Origin: Bacteroidota bacterium
Lineage (GTDB): Bacteria > Bacteroidota > Bacteroidia > Bacteroidales > Dysgonomonadaceae
Direction of reading: 5' to 3'
Assembly: GCA_023388315.1 (NCBI GenBank)
Contig: JAEWGM010000044.1
Span: 46,117-110,116, forward strand
Length of the DNA stretch: 64,000 nt
Shown here: positions 18,561-28,303 of the stretch, in pieces
How positions within the stretch are numbered: position 1 is the stretch's first letter
Layout: every line of letters starts with the position of its first letter
Made by a program: the position numbers and the translations under genes
The notes under the pieces: model-generated
Seen by the model: only the letters and a program-made list of their open reading frames with translations
What the model was told of the DNA's origin: nothing
Databases searched by the model: none

Positions 18561-21500
18561 ATGTCAAAAGAAAAGAATTTCTTGACCTGCGATGGTAATC
18601 AGGCAGCCGCGCATATCGCCTATATGTTTAGCGAAGTAGCGGCCATTTACCCGATTACTCCTTCATCTACCATGGCCGAATATGTGGATGAATGGGCAGC
18701 CGCTGGAAGAAAAAACATTTTTGGCCAAACCGTGTTGGTGCAGGAAATGCAATCCGAAGCCGGAGCGGCAGGTGCCGTGCACGGTTCATTACAGGCCGGA
18801 GCGTTAACATCCACATTCACAGCTTCACAAGGTTTATTATTGATGCTCCCCAATATGTACAAAATTGCGGGAGAATTACTGCCGGGCGTGTTTCACGTGT
18901 CGGCGCGCGCGTTGGCGTCTCACGCGTTGTCCATTTTTGGCGACCAGCAAGACGTGATGGCCGCACGCCCCACCGGTTTCGCGCTTTTTGCCACCGGATC
19001 GGTGCAAGAGGTGATGGACTTGGCTGCTGTGGCGCACCTCTCGGCAATTGAAAGCCGCGTTCCGTTCCTTCACTTTTTCGATGGGTTCCGCACATCACAC
19101 GAAATCCAGAAAATTGAAGCGTTAACAAACGAAGACCTCGCTCCGCTGATCAACCAAGAAGCATTAAAAGCGTTTAGAGACAGAGCATTGAGCCCCGATG
19201 CGCCCGTAACGAGAGGAACGGCGCAAAACGATGATATTTATTTCCAAGCCCGCGAAGCATCTAACCCGTTCTACGATAACGTGGCCGATGTGGTGGAAAA
19301 ATATTTGGAAAAATTGGCTGCTGTTACCGGCCGCAAATACGGATTGTTCGATTATTACGGCGACCCCGAAGCAGACCGCGTAATCATCGCGATGGGCTCG
19401 GTAACCGAAACCATTCGTGAAGTGGTGGACCACTTGAACGAAAAAGGCGAAAAAGTGGGTGTTGTTGCCGTACACTTGTATCGTCCGTTTAAAGCCGAAG
19501 CGTTCTTATCGGTGGTGCCCAAAACGGCGAAACGCATTGCCGTGCTCGACCGCACCAAAGAACCCGGTGCCGCGGGACAACCGTTGTATCTTGATGTGAA
19601 AGACTCTTTCTACGGAAAAGAAAACGCTCCCGCAATTGTGGGCGGTATTTACGGGCTTTCATCGAAAGACACCACCCCGGGACAAATCCTCTCGGTGTTT
19701 GACAATCTTTCGGCCAAACTGCCGAAAAACGATTTCACCATCGGCATTGTGGACGATGTAACGTTCAAATCGCTTCCCGTGAAAGAAGAGGTTGCCATGG
19801 ACGAAACAACGTACGAGGCAAAATTCTATGGTTTGGGTTCCGATGGAACGGTGGGCGCCAACAAAAACTCCATCAAAATTATTGGCGACAATACCAATAA
19901 ATATGTGCAGGCTTATTTCGCTTACGACTCTAAAAAATCGGGCGGATTCACCTGTTCGCACCTTCGTTTTGGCGACAATCCCATACGCTCAACTTATTAT
20001 GTGAATACGCCCAACTTTGTGGCGTGCCACGTGCCTGTGTATTTGCATCTTTACGATGTGACAAGCGGATTGAAGAAAAACGGCACCTTCTTGCTCAACT
20101 CGTTGTGGCCCAAAGAAGAAGTGCCCGACCACTTGCCCGATCACGTGAAAAAATATTTCGCGCAAAACAACATCAAGTTATACATCATTAACGCCACAGA
20201 CATCGCCGAAGAAATTGGCTTGGGCAACAGAACCAACACCATTCTTCAGTCGGCGTTCTTCAAAATATCCAATGTAATTCCTTACGACTTGGCGGTGGAA
20301 CAAATGAAAAAATTCATTGTGAAATCCTACGGCAAAAAAGGAGAAAACATTGTCAATATGAACTATGCCGCTGTGGAACGCGGTGGCGAAATTGAAGAAG
20401 TGGAAGTTCCCGCGGAATGGGCCGATATTCAAATTGGCGAACAAGAAGTGGATGACGCGCCCGAATTTGTACAAAAAATTGTGCGCCCCGTAAACGCTCA
20501 ACGCGGTTACGATCTTCCTGTTTCGGTGTTCTCCGGAAGAGAAGACGGAACATGGGAGCAAGGCACCACCACCTACGAAAAACGCGGTGTGGCCGTGTTT
20601 ACGCCTGTGTGGAAGCCTGAAAACTGTATTCAGTGTAATCAGTGCGCTTATGTGTGTCCGCACGCCACCATTCGTCCGTTCTTGCTCGATGCCAAAGAAC
20701 AAGAAGGCGTGGGCGAAGATGTGGAATTGCTGAAAGCACAAGGAAAACAATTTGATGGGCTGGCATTCCGCATTCAAGTGGACGTTCTCGACTGCCTCGG
20801 CTGCGGCAACTGTGCCGATATTTGTCCGGGAAGAAAAGGCGAAAGAGCCCTTGAGATGGTGCCCATCGCTACCCAATACGACAACCAAAAGAATTGGGAT
20901 TATATGGTTGAAAACGTGACCAGTAAGGCGCACTTGATTGATACGAAGCTAAATGTTAAAAACTCGCAGTTTGCTACGCCGTTGTTTGAATTCTCGGGTG
21001 CTTGCTCGGGTTGCGGCGAAACTCCGTACATTAAGCTCATTACGCAATTGTATGGTGACCGCATGATGATTGCCAACGCCACCGGTTGCTCGTCCATCTT
21101 TGCAGGATCGGCACCCGCTACGCCTTATACCAAAAACGAAGAAGGCAAAGGCCCGGCTTGGGCAAACTCATTGTTTGAGGACAATGCTGAGTTTGGTTAT
21201 GGTTTTGTAATGGCACACGCCAGCATGCGCAACCGCATTAAAGATTTGATGACACAAGCGCGTCAAACCGAAGACTTCACCGAAGAGCAAAAAGTGCTTT
21301 TCCAAGAGTGGATGGATAACAAGGACGACGCGGATAAATCCAAAGAAGTATCCGCTAAGATTGTGGAATCATTGCAAAACGTAAACAACGATATTGCCAA
21401 AGAAATTTTATCGCTCGAAAAATACCTCACCAAGAAATCCATTTGGGTGTTCGGTGGCGACGGATGGGCGTACGATATCGGTTTTGGCGGCCTCGACCAC

Positions 21501-22145
21501 GTGTTGGCCAGCGGACAAGACATCAACGTGTTGGTACTCGATACGGAAGTGTATTCCAATACGGGAGGACAATCGTCCAAATCTACTCCCATTGCCGCGG
21601 TGGCCAAATTTGCCGCTGCAGGAAAACGCATTCGCAAAAAAGACCTCGGTATGATTGCCACCACTTACGGCTACGTTTACGTTGCCCAAGTGGCTATGGG
21701 AGCCAATCAAGGCCATTACTTGAGAGCGTTGAAAGAGGCGGAAGCCTATAAAGGGCCATCCCTCATTATTGCTTACTCGCCCTGTATTAGCCACGGCTTG
21801 AAAAAAGGAATGGGTGGCGCGCAAACCGAACAAAAAGAGGCGGTTGAGTGCGGATATTGGCAACTGTGGCGCTACAATCCCGCGTTGGAAGACGAAGGCA
21901 AAAATCCGTTCACGCTGGACAGCAAGGAGCCGGATTGGAGCAAATTCAATGACTTCTTAATGGGTGAAACGCGCTACACGCAATTAGCCAAATCGTTCCC
22001 CCAACAAGCCGAGGAATTATTCCAAGCTGCGAAGGAAAACGCGCAGTGGCGTTATCGTTCATACCAACGTATGGCCGAAGCCAACTTCACGCTTCCCGCG
22101 GTTGATAACGAATCGGTAACGGAAACGGCAGATAAGGAAAACTAA
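18561..22145 (+). CDS. nifJ: pyruvate:ferredoxin (flavodoxin) oxidoreductase
   Basis: 1194 aa. Two 4Fe-4S ferredoxin motifs (CIQCNQCAYVCP, CLGCGNCADICP) and the TPP-binging region GGDGWAYDIG. Confidence 0.95.
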   Translation: MSKEKNFLTCDGNQAAAHIAYMFSEVAAIYPITPSSTMAEYVDEWAAAGRKNIFGQTVLVQEMQSEAGAAGAVHGSLQAGALTSTFTASQGLLLMLPNMYKIAGELLPGVFHVSARALASHALSIFGDQQDVMAARPTGFALFATGSVQEVMDLAAVAHLSAIESRVPFLHFFDGFRTSHEIQKIEALTNEDLAPLINQEALKAFRDRALSPDAPVTRGTAQNDDIYFQAREASNPFYDNVADVVEKYLEKLAAVTGRKYGLFDYYGDPEADRVIIAMGSVTETIREVVDHLNEKGEKVGVVAVHLYRPFKAEAFLSVVPKTAKRIAVLDRTKEPGAAGQPLYLDVKDSFYGKENAPAIVGGIYGLSSKDTTPGQILSVFDNLSAKLPKNDFTIGIVDDVTFKSLPVKEEVAMDETTYEAKFYGLGSDGTVGANKNSIKIIGDNTNKYVQAYFAYDSKKSGGFTCSHLRFGDNPIRSTYYVNTPNFVACHVPVYLHLYDVTSGLKKNGTFLLNSLWPKEEVPDHLPDHVKKYFAQNNIKLYIINATDIAEEIGLGNRTNTILQSAFFKISNVIPYDLAVEQMKKFIVKSYGKKGENIVNMNYAAVERGGEIEEVEVPAEWADIQIGEQEVDDAPEFVQKIVRPVNAQRGYDLPVSVFSGREDGTWEQGTTTYEKRGVAVFTPVWKPENCIQCNQCAYVCPHATIRPFLLDAKEQEGVGEDVELLKAQGKQFDGLAFRIQVDVLDCLGCGNCADICPGRKGERALEMVPIATQYDNQKNWDYMVENVTSKAHLIDTKLNVKNSQFATPLFEFSGACSGCGETPYIKLITQLYGDRMMIANATGCSSIFAGSAPATPYTKNEEGKGPAWANSLFEDNAEFGYGFVMAHASMRNRIKDLMTQARQTEDFTEEQKVLFQEWMDNKDDADKSKEVSAKIVESLQNVNNDIAKEILSLEKYLTKKSIWVFGGDGWAYDIGFGGLDHVLASGQDINVLVLDTEVYSNTGGQSSKSTPIAAVAKFAAAGKRIRKKDLGMIATTYGYVYVAQVAMGANQGHYLRALKEAEAYKGPSLIIAYSPCISHGLKKGMGGAQTEQKEAVECGYWQLWRYNPALEDEGKNPFTLDSKEPDWSKFNDFLMGETRYTQLAKSFPQQAEELFQAAKENAQWRYRSYQRMAEANFTLPAVDNESVTETADKEN

Positions 22146-22167
22146 ATTCCGTTAGAAATTACATAAT

Positions 22168-22209
22168 ATTGAGGGTGTTGCCTTTAGGGTAATGCCCTCA
22201 ATTTTTTTA
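22168..22209 (+). terminator. intrinsic terminator of nifJ
   Basis: ATTGAGGGT..GCCCTCAAT stem followed by TTTTTTT. Confidence 0.7.
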
Positions 22210-22259
22210 TATATTGTTTCATTACTGACCGACTAAAATTTGTCCGTAGGACAAACCTG

Positions 22260-22407
22260 TGCATAACCCCCAATTTTAATTGGGGGGCAACAGACGAAAT
22301 AACGGAAAAACGGTGTAAGCGTTTCCCTAAAAAGGTTTGGTAAACTCTTACAGAGTTTGGTACTGATAGGCATACCCGCCGCCCCAATTAAAATTGGGGG
22401 TTATGCA
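22260..22407. mobile_element. 148-bp element bounded by ~26-bp terminal inverted repeats
   Basis: Left end TGCATAACCCCCAATTTTAATTGGGG and right end CCCCAATTAAAATTGGGGGTTATGCA are reverse complements. Each end is itself a hairpin. Confidence 0.65.
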
Positions 22408-22467
22408 AAGAAAACTTCTACGAAGTTAAAAGCAGAAGCCCCGGAGAATATAAAACACTTGGAAATA

Positions 22468-22546
22468 GCGCTGAAAGCGCACCAGACTAAAGCGTAGGGC
22501 ATCGCCCTACGTATTTTCGATAGACACAATTAAGCGCTGAAAGTGC
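22468..22546 (+). repeat. GNRA-hairpin module
   Basis: AGCGCTGAAAGCGC, CGTAGGGCATCGCCCTACG and AGCGCTGAAAGTGC. Confidence 0.6.
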
Positions 22547-22592
22547 GAAAGAAACCTGTAAGCCCAGACGAAAATACGCGCTGCAACTCTAA

Positions 22593-22637
22593 GCTCAACG
22601 CCCAATGCTCACAGCTCACCGGCCCCTCGCTCATCCC
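22593..22637. repeat. degenerate heptanucleotide tract (GCTCANN x ~6)
   Basis: GCTCAAC GCCCAAT GCTCACA GCTCACC GGCCCCT CGCTCAT. Confidence 0.55.
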
Positions 22638-22679
22638 TTTATTGTGTCCCTTCAATCTTTGTGTTTCTCTAAAATATCG

Positions 22680-22687
22680 TATCTTTG
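22680..22687 (+). promoter_or_regulatory. -7 promoter box (TATCTTTG) for aroQ-pyk
   Basis: 22 nt upstream of ATG 22709. Confidence 0.5.
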
Positions 22688-22708
22688 CAAAGCTAAAAGC
22701 TACAAACG

Positions 22709-23161
22709 ATGAAAATTCAAATTATTAACGGGCCTAACCTTAATTTGTTGGGAAAACGTGAGCCGGAAGTGTACGGAAATCAGGGATTTAACGGTTATCT
22801 GGAACAATTGAAAAAAGAATATCCGGAAACCGAAATTCATTATTTCCAGTCCAATGTGGAAGGTGAAATCATCAATAAACTGCACGAAGCAGGTTTCGGT
22901 TACAACGGCATCATTCTCAATGCCGGCGGATACACGCACACATCGGTGGCTATTCGCGATGCCATCAAAGCCATTCAAACGCCCGTTATTGAAGTACACA
23001 TTTCCAATGTGCACGCGCGCGAAGAATTTCGTCACCAATCCATGATTTCCGCCGTTTGCCAAGGCGTTATCGCGGGATTTGGGCTTAACTCCTATCGTTT
23101 GGGCGTAGAAGCCATTAACTTAATCACACAAGATAAAAATCACACTATTCATAATTCATAA
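22709..23161 (+). CDS. aroQ: type II 3-dehydroquinate dehydratase
   Basis: MKIQIINGPNLNLLGKREPEVYG and IILNAGGYTHTSVAIRDA are canonical AroQ motifs. Confidence 0.95.
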   Translation: MKIQIINGPNLNLLGKREPEVYGNQGFNGYLEQLKKEYPETEIHYFQSNVEGEIINKLHEAGFGYNGIILNAGGYTHTSVAIRDAIKAIQTPVIEVHISNVHAREEFRHQSMISAVCQGVIAGFGLNSYRLGVEAINLITQDKNHTIHNS

Positions 23162-23168
23162 CTCGTTT

Positions 23169-24641
23169 ATGCGAAAAAAAACAAAAATTGTAGCCACCAT
23201 ATCCGACAAAAGATGCACGGTGCCTTTTCTTCAACAACTTTTTGAAGAAGGGATGGATGTGGTGCGGATGAACTCTGCGCATTTGGATGAAGCAGGTTTT
23301 CTGAAAATCATAAACAACGTGCGTGCCGTTTCAAACCGAATCGCGCTGTTGGTTGATACAAAAGGCCCCGAAATTAGGACAACCGTCACACCGGAGCCGA
23401 TGGTTTTAAACATCGGCGATAAAGTGAAGGTGGTGGGAAACCCCGAAGGCATTTCGGGCAACGGCACCATTTATGTTACGTATCCCAACATTGTTCAAGA
23501 AATGGTGGTGGGCGAAGATATTCTGATAGATGATGGCGAAATTGACCTGAAAATTGTGGAAGTTTATCCCGATTATCTGCTTTGCAATGTGGAAAACGAT
23601 GGCGTGGTTGGCAGCCGCAAAAGCGTGAATATCCCCGGCGTGCGGATTAATTTGCCCACCATCACCGACCGCGACCGCAAATTCATAAGGCTTGCCGTTG
23701 AAAACAATGTAGATTTTATCGCGCACTCTTTCGTGCGAAGCAAAGAAGATGTGCTGGAAGTGCAGGCCATTTTGGACGAATACAAAAGCCCGATAAAAAT
23801 CATCGCTAAAATTGAAAATCAAGAAGGAGTTGACAACGTAGATGAAATTTTGGATGTTGCCTACGGCATTATGATTGCCCGCGGCGACTTGGGCATTGAA
23901 GTAGCGCAAGAAAAAATTCCGGGCATACAACGCATGCTAATTCGCCAAGCCATTCATCACAAAAAACCGGTGATTGTGGCCACGCAAATGTTGCACTCTA
24001 TGATTGTGCACCCGCGCCCCACACGTGCCGAGATAAACGACATCGCCAACGCCATTTATTACCGCACCGATGCCGTAATGCTCAGTGGCGAAACGGCTTA
24101 CGGCAAATATCCCGTGGAGGCGGTGCGCACGATGGCAAAGGCATCGCGCGAAGCCGAAGAAACAAAAATGGCCGAAAACGATATTCGTGTTCCCAGAGAG
24201 GATGACGACAACAAAGAGGTGACCACTTTTATGGCGCGGCAAGCCGTGAAATCTTGTTCAAAGCTAAACACAAAGGCCATCATCACCGACAGCCACACCG
24301 GCCGCACGGCAAGGGTGTTGGCGGCTTTTCGCGGAACGAGCCCCGTAATCGCTATGGCAACCACTGAGCGCCTAGCGCGTGAATTGGCGCTGTCTTACGG
24401 CGTTTCGGCTGAGCACCAACCTGGCCGCGGAATTGAGAATACAAAAGAAAGCCGCCGCGCGTATTACATCAAGGCCATTCAAAAATTAATTGAGAACAAA
24501 ATTATTGCGCCCGAAGACCGAGTGGCTTACTTGGGCGGAAGTTTCGGCGAAACCGGCGGCACTACCTACTTGGACATTTGCGAAGCGTGGAAAATTCTCG
24601 AAGCCAAAGAGAAATATAATTTACCCGATTTTACAATGTAA
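23169..24641 (+). CDS. pyk: pyruvate kinase
   Basis: KTKIVATI, MNSAH, IIAKIENQEG and MIARGDLGIE motifs. 490 aa. Confidence 0.95.
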   Translation: MRKKTKIVATISDKRCTVPFLQQLFEEGMDVVRMNSAHLDEAGFLKIINNVRAVSNRIALLVDTKGPEIRTTVTPEPMVLNIGDKVKVVGNPEGISGNGTIYVTYPNIVQEMVVGEDILIDDGEIDLKIVEVYPDYLLCNVENDGVVGSRKSVNIPGVRINLPTITDRDRKFIRLAVENNVDFIAHSFVRSKEDVLEVQAILDEYKSPIKIIAKIENQEGVDNVDEILDVAYGIMIARGDLGIEVAQEKIPGIQRMLIRQAIHHKKPVIVATQMLHSMIVHPRPTRAEINDIANAIYYRTDAVMLSGETAYGKYPVEAVRTMAKASREAEETKMAENDIRVPREDDDNKEVTTFMARQAVKSCSKLNTKAIITDSHTGRTARVLAAFRGTSPVIAMATTERLARELALSYGVSAEHQPGRGIENTKESRRAYYIKAIQKLIENKIIAPEDRVAYLGGSFGETGGTTYLDICEAWKILEAKEKYNLPDFTM

Positions 24642-24647
24642 TCACCT

Positions 24648-25283
24648 GTGGGAGAGTTAGAAGAGTATATCCTTTCGCATATTGACGCCGAACCCGATTG
24701 GCTGGCAACAATCAATCGACAAACGCACCTAAAATTGCTTCATCCGCGGATGCTTTCGGGGCATTTACAAGGGCGCATCCTAAAAATGTTGGTGCGAATG
24801 ATAAACCCGCGCCGTGTGTTGGAAATCGGCACCTTCACGGGTTATTCGGCCATTAGTATGGCAGAAGGGTTGCTCCACCCCGATGGCAAAGTGTACACTA
24901 TTGAAATTGACGATGAAATGGAGGATTTTGTCAGAAATTCAATACACGGTTCCAATTTTAAAGACAACATTGAATGGATAATCGGCGACGCTAAGGAGAT
25001 TATTCCCACGTTTGAAAATGAGTTTTTCGACCTCGCTTTCATAGACGCCGATAAACGATATTATTGGGAGCATTTTAATCTGCTGCTTCCTAAAATCGCG
25101 CCGGGTGGTTTCATCATTGCCGACAATACCTTGTGGGGCGGAAAAGTGGTGGAAGAAATTGAGCGTAACGATTACCAAACCAAAGGAATTTTGGAGTTCA
25201 ATGAAAAACTGGCACAGGATCAGCGGGTGGAAAAAGTAATTTTGCCGGTGCGCGATGGCTTAACGTTAATTAGAAAGAAATAA
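24648..25283 (+). CDS. class I SAM-dependent O-methyltransferase (family 3, caffeoyl-CoA OMT-like)
   Basis: VLEIGTFTGYSAISMA SAM motif and FDLAFIDADK. GTG start. Confidence 0.8.
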   Translation: MGELEEYILSHIDAEPDWLATINRQTHLKLLHPRMLSGHLQGRILKMLVRMINPRRVLEIGTFTGYSAISMAEGLLHPDGKVYTIEIDDEMEDFVRNSIHGSNFKDNIEWIIGDAKEIIPTFENEFFDLAFIDADKRYYWEHFNLLLPKIAPGGFIIADNTLWGGKVVEEIERNDYQTKGILEFNEKLAQDQRVEKVILPVRDGLTLIRKK

Positions 25284-25284
25284 A

Positions 25285-25617
25285 ATGGAATCAAACAGGC
25301 AACAAAAAATAAACAGGCTTATTCAGAAAGAGCTCAGCGAAATTTTCTTGGTGGAAACGAAAAAAATGCGCGGCGTACTCATTTCTGTCACCAGTGTGCG
25401 CGTTACGCCCGATTTGGGGCTGGCACACGCTTACTTAAGTATTTTCCCTTCCGAAAAATCTGCCGAATTGATGGAGAACATCAACGAGAACGTGAAATCG
25501 GTTCGCTATGAACTGGGGAAAAGGGTAGGGAAGCAGCTTCGCGTCGTGCCTGATTTGGTGTTCCACATCGACGACTCGCTCGATTATATTGAAAATATAG
25601 ATAAACTATTGAAATAA
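25285..25617 (+). CDS. rbfA: ribosome-binding factor A
   Basis: 110 aa. RQQKINRLIQKELSEIF and VRVTPDLGLAHAYLS are typical RbfA. Confidence 0.9.
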   Translation: MESNRQQKINRLIQKELSEIFLVETKKMRGVLISVTSVRVTPDLGLAHAYLSIFPSEKSAELMENINENVKSVRYELGKRVGKQLRVVPDLVFHIDDSLDYIENIDKLLK

Positions 25618-25627
25618 ACCACAATTG

Positions 25628-25654
25628 TAGAGACGTTGCACGCAACGTCTCTAC
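25628..25654. repeat. perfect 13-bp-stem hairpin (GTAGAGACGTTGC A GCAACGTCTCTAC)
   Basis: Lies just after the rbfA stop. A related GTAGAGACGCATTGAATGCGTCT motif sits at 4378-4402. Confidence 0.6.
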
Positions 25655-25674
25655 TCCGTAATTGATAACCAATT

Positions 25675-26907
25675 TTGAACGTATCGTTTTTCATAGCCCG
25701 TCGTTATTTCTTCGCCAAGAAATCGAGAAACGCCATCAACGTTATCTCTACCATTTCTGTGGTGGGCATCGCTGTGGCCACGGCGGCTATGGTGTGCGTG
25801 CTTTCGGGTTTTAACGGTTTTGGCGGGCTAGTTGAAGGCATGTTCAGCGCTTTTGACCCCGATCTGAAAATTTCACCCAAACAAGGAAAAGTGTTTTCGT
25901 ATAACACGCCCGAATTTGAAAAAGCGTTGCAGGTGAGCGGTATAGAAATGTTTTCGGAAACGCTGGAAGAAAACGCGTTGTATAAATTTGAAGACCGTCA
26001 GGTGCCGGTTATAATCAAAGGCGTTTCGGAAAACTTCAGGCAAATGTCTGAAATGGAAAAACTGATGATCGATGGTTCGTTTAAACTCAAAGAAGATGTG
26101 GTTGATTACACCACACTGGGCGCCGGGCTGGCCGTTACTTTGGGCGCCCGTCCCGGCTTTATTAAACCGGTGGAAATTTACGCGCCAAAACGCGATGTGC
26201 GGGTAAATTTAGCCAATCCCACATCGGCATTTACCATCGGAAACATCCAAATTGGCGGCGTTTTCACGCTAAACCAACCCGAATATGACGATCAAATGGC
26301 CATTATCCCCATCGAATTGGCGCGGGAATTGTTTTCATATCAAGATGAAGTGTCATCGCTCAACATCAAACTCAAGCCCAATGCATCGGTGAAATCGGTG
26401 AAATCGGAGATTGAGCAAATTGTAGGCTCCGATTTTTTGGTGGAAAACCGTTTCGAGCAGCAAAAGGAATCGTACCGTATGCTGCAAATAGAAAAATGGA
26501 TTTCGTTCCTCATCCTCTCGCTTATTTTGCTTATTGCCGTGTTTAATATCGTCGGCTCGCTCACTATGCTTATTGTGGAGAAAAAAGACGACATTAAAAA
26601 CCTGCAAAATATGGGCGCGTCAAATAGACTGATTACTCGCGTGTTTTTGTATGAAGGATGGATTATCTCTGTTATGGGAATTGTGTTGGGCGTGGCGGCC
26701 GGTTTGCTGCTTTGCTTAATGCAGCAGCATTTCGGGCTTTTGCGCCTCAGCAACACCCCCGGCGCGTATGTGGTGGATGCCTATCCGGTGATTGTGTTGT
26801 TTTCGGATGTACTTATCGTGGTTGCCGTGGTAAGCGTTATTTGCTTTCTTACGGTGCTTTATCCCATCAATAATTTAAGAAAGAAATTGAAACTCGCGAA
26901 CGGATAA
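25675..26907 (+). CDS. FtsX-like ABC transporter permease (LolE-like)
   Basis: FFIARRYFFAKKSRNAINVIS N-terminus, MacB-type periplasmic domain and C-terminal FtsX 3-TM bundle. TTG start. Confidence 0.8.
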   Translation: MNVSFFIARRYFFAKKSRNAINVISTISVVGIAVATAAMVCVLSGFNGFGGLVEGMFSAFDPDLKISPKQGKVFSYNTPEFEKALQVSGIEMFSETLEENALYKFEDRQVPVIIKGVSENFRQMSEMEKLMIDGSFKLKEDVVDYTTLGAGLAVTLGARPGFIKPVEIYAPKRDVRVNLANPTSAFTIGNIQIGGVFTLNQPEYDDQMAIIPIELARELFSYQDEVSSLNIKLKPNASVKSVKSEIEQIVGSDFLVENRFEQQKESYRMLQIEKWISFLILSLILLIAVFNIVGSLTMLIVEKKDDIKNLQNMGASNRLITRVFLYEGWIISVMGIVLGVAAGLLLCLMQQHFGLLRLSNTPGAYVVDAYPVIVLFSDVLIVVAVVSVICFLTVLYPINNLRKKLKLANG

Positions 26908-26942
26908 AGAGCGCGCTCTCCTTTCGCAAAGAGCTGTATAAT

Positions 26943-28262
26943 ATGAAAATAGCGGTTGTAGGAACAGGATATGTAGGATTGGTTTCAGGCGCGTGTTTTG
27001 CCGAAATGGGTGTGGATGTCACGTGTGTGGATATCGATGCGGAAAAAATCGAAGGATTGAAGCAGGGTATCATTCCCATTTACGAACCCGGTTTGAAAAC
27101 CATTGTTGTTCGTAATCACGATGCCGGCAGGTTGCATTTCACCACCGATTTGCCTTCGGTATTAAACGAAATGGACATCGTTTTCATTGCCGTTGGTACA
27201 CCTTCCGACGAAGACGGCAATGCCGAGATGAAATACGTTTGGGCGGTTACCGAAACCATTGCCAACCATATTGAAAAGCCGTTGCTGATTGTTACAAAAA
27301 GTACCGTTCCGGTAGGAACATCGCACCAGATAAAAGAGCGTGTGCAAAAACGATTGAACGAACGTGGCCTGCCTAACTTGAATTTTGATGTGGCGTCCAA
27401 TCCCGAATTTCTGAAAGAAGGCGCCGCCGTGGACGATTTTATGAGTCCCGATCGGGTGGTGGTGGGCGTGGAATCCGATCGCGCAAAAGAGTTGATGACG
27501 CGACTTTATCGTCCGTTCCTGCTCAACAATTTTCGGGTGATTTTTATGGATATTCTCTCTTCGGAAATGACGAAATATGCCTCCAACGCCATGCTGGCAA
27601 CACGAATCAGCTTTATGAACGATATCGCCAACCTGTGTGAACTGGTGGGTGCCGATGTAAATATGGTGCGCCGAGGTGTTGGCAGCGATACGCGTATCGG
27701 GCGGAGTTTTCTCTATCCCGGCTGCGGATACGGTGGCAGCTGTTTCCCAAAGGATGTGAAAGCCATCATTAAAGTTGCTGAAAATGTGGGATACGAAATG
27801 ACCGTTTTGAAAGCGGTTGAGCAAGTAAATGAGCGCCAAAAAGAGATTCTTTTCCGGAAATTCAATGAGTTTTTTGGTGGTGATATCAAAGGCAAAACCG
27901 TAGCCGTCTGGGGATTATCGTTCAAACCCGAAACCGATGATGTGCGCGATGCTCCCGCGCTGAAACTTATTGAAAGTCTGCTCGAATCGGGTGTAAAAGT
28001 CCGTGCTTATGACCCCGCGGCGATGGATGAAGCCAAAAAACAACTGAACGACAAAATCTACTATGCCAAAGATATTTACGATGCCGCCCACGAAGCCCAC
28101 GCGCTTATTGTTCCCACAGAATGGAAAGAATTTCGCCTGCCCAACTGGGAAATTCTGAAAAAAATTATGCGTACGCATTTGGTTATCGACGGACGAAATA
28201 TTTACAACAAGGAAGAACTTGCGTCTTTCGGTTTTGAACATCGGGGGATTGGACAGAAATAA
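26943..28262 (+). CDS. ugd: UDP-glucose 6-dehydrogenase
   Basis: MKIAVVGTGYVGLVSGACF Rossmann motif and the catalytic GYGGSCFPKD. Confidence 0.95.
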   Translation: MKIAVVGTGYVGLVSGACFAEMGVDVTCVDIDAEKIEGLKQGIIPIYEPGLKTIVVRNHDAGRLHFTTDLPSVLNEMDIVFIAVGTPSDEDGNAEMKYVWAVTETIANHIEKPLLIVTKSTVPVGTSHQIKERVQKRLNERGLPNLNFDVASNPEFLKEGAAVDDFMSPDRVVVGVESDRAKELMTRLYRPFLLNNFRVIFMDILSSEMTKYASNAMLATRISFMNDIANLCELVGADVNMVRRGVGSDTRIGRSFLYPGCGYGGSCFPKDVKAIIKVAENVGYEMTVLKAVEQVNERQKEILFRKFNEFFGGDIKGKTVAVWGLSFKPETDDVRDAPALKLIESLLESGVKVRAYDPAAMDEAKKQLNDKIYYAKDIYDAAHEAHALIVPTEWKEFRLPNWEILKKIMRTHLVIDGRNIYNKEELASFGFEHRGIGQK

Positions 28263-28303
28263 AAAATAAAACTTGCAACGTTAATTCGCTGAATTTTAAT
28301 AAA

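Noticed and set aside
20178-20933. 251-aa minus-strand ORF inside nifJ
   Set aside because: It is antisense to a strongly conserved region of pyruvate:ferredoxin oxidoreductase and has no recognisable motifs. The same reasoning applies to 13035-13712, 27162-27839, 23406-23930, 49953-50792, 50998-51588 and 57292-57936.
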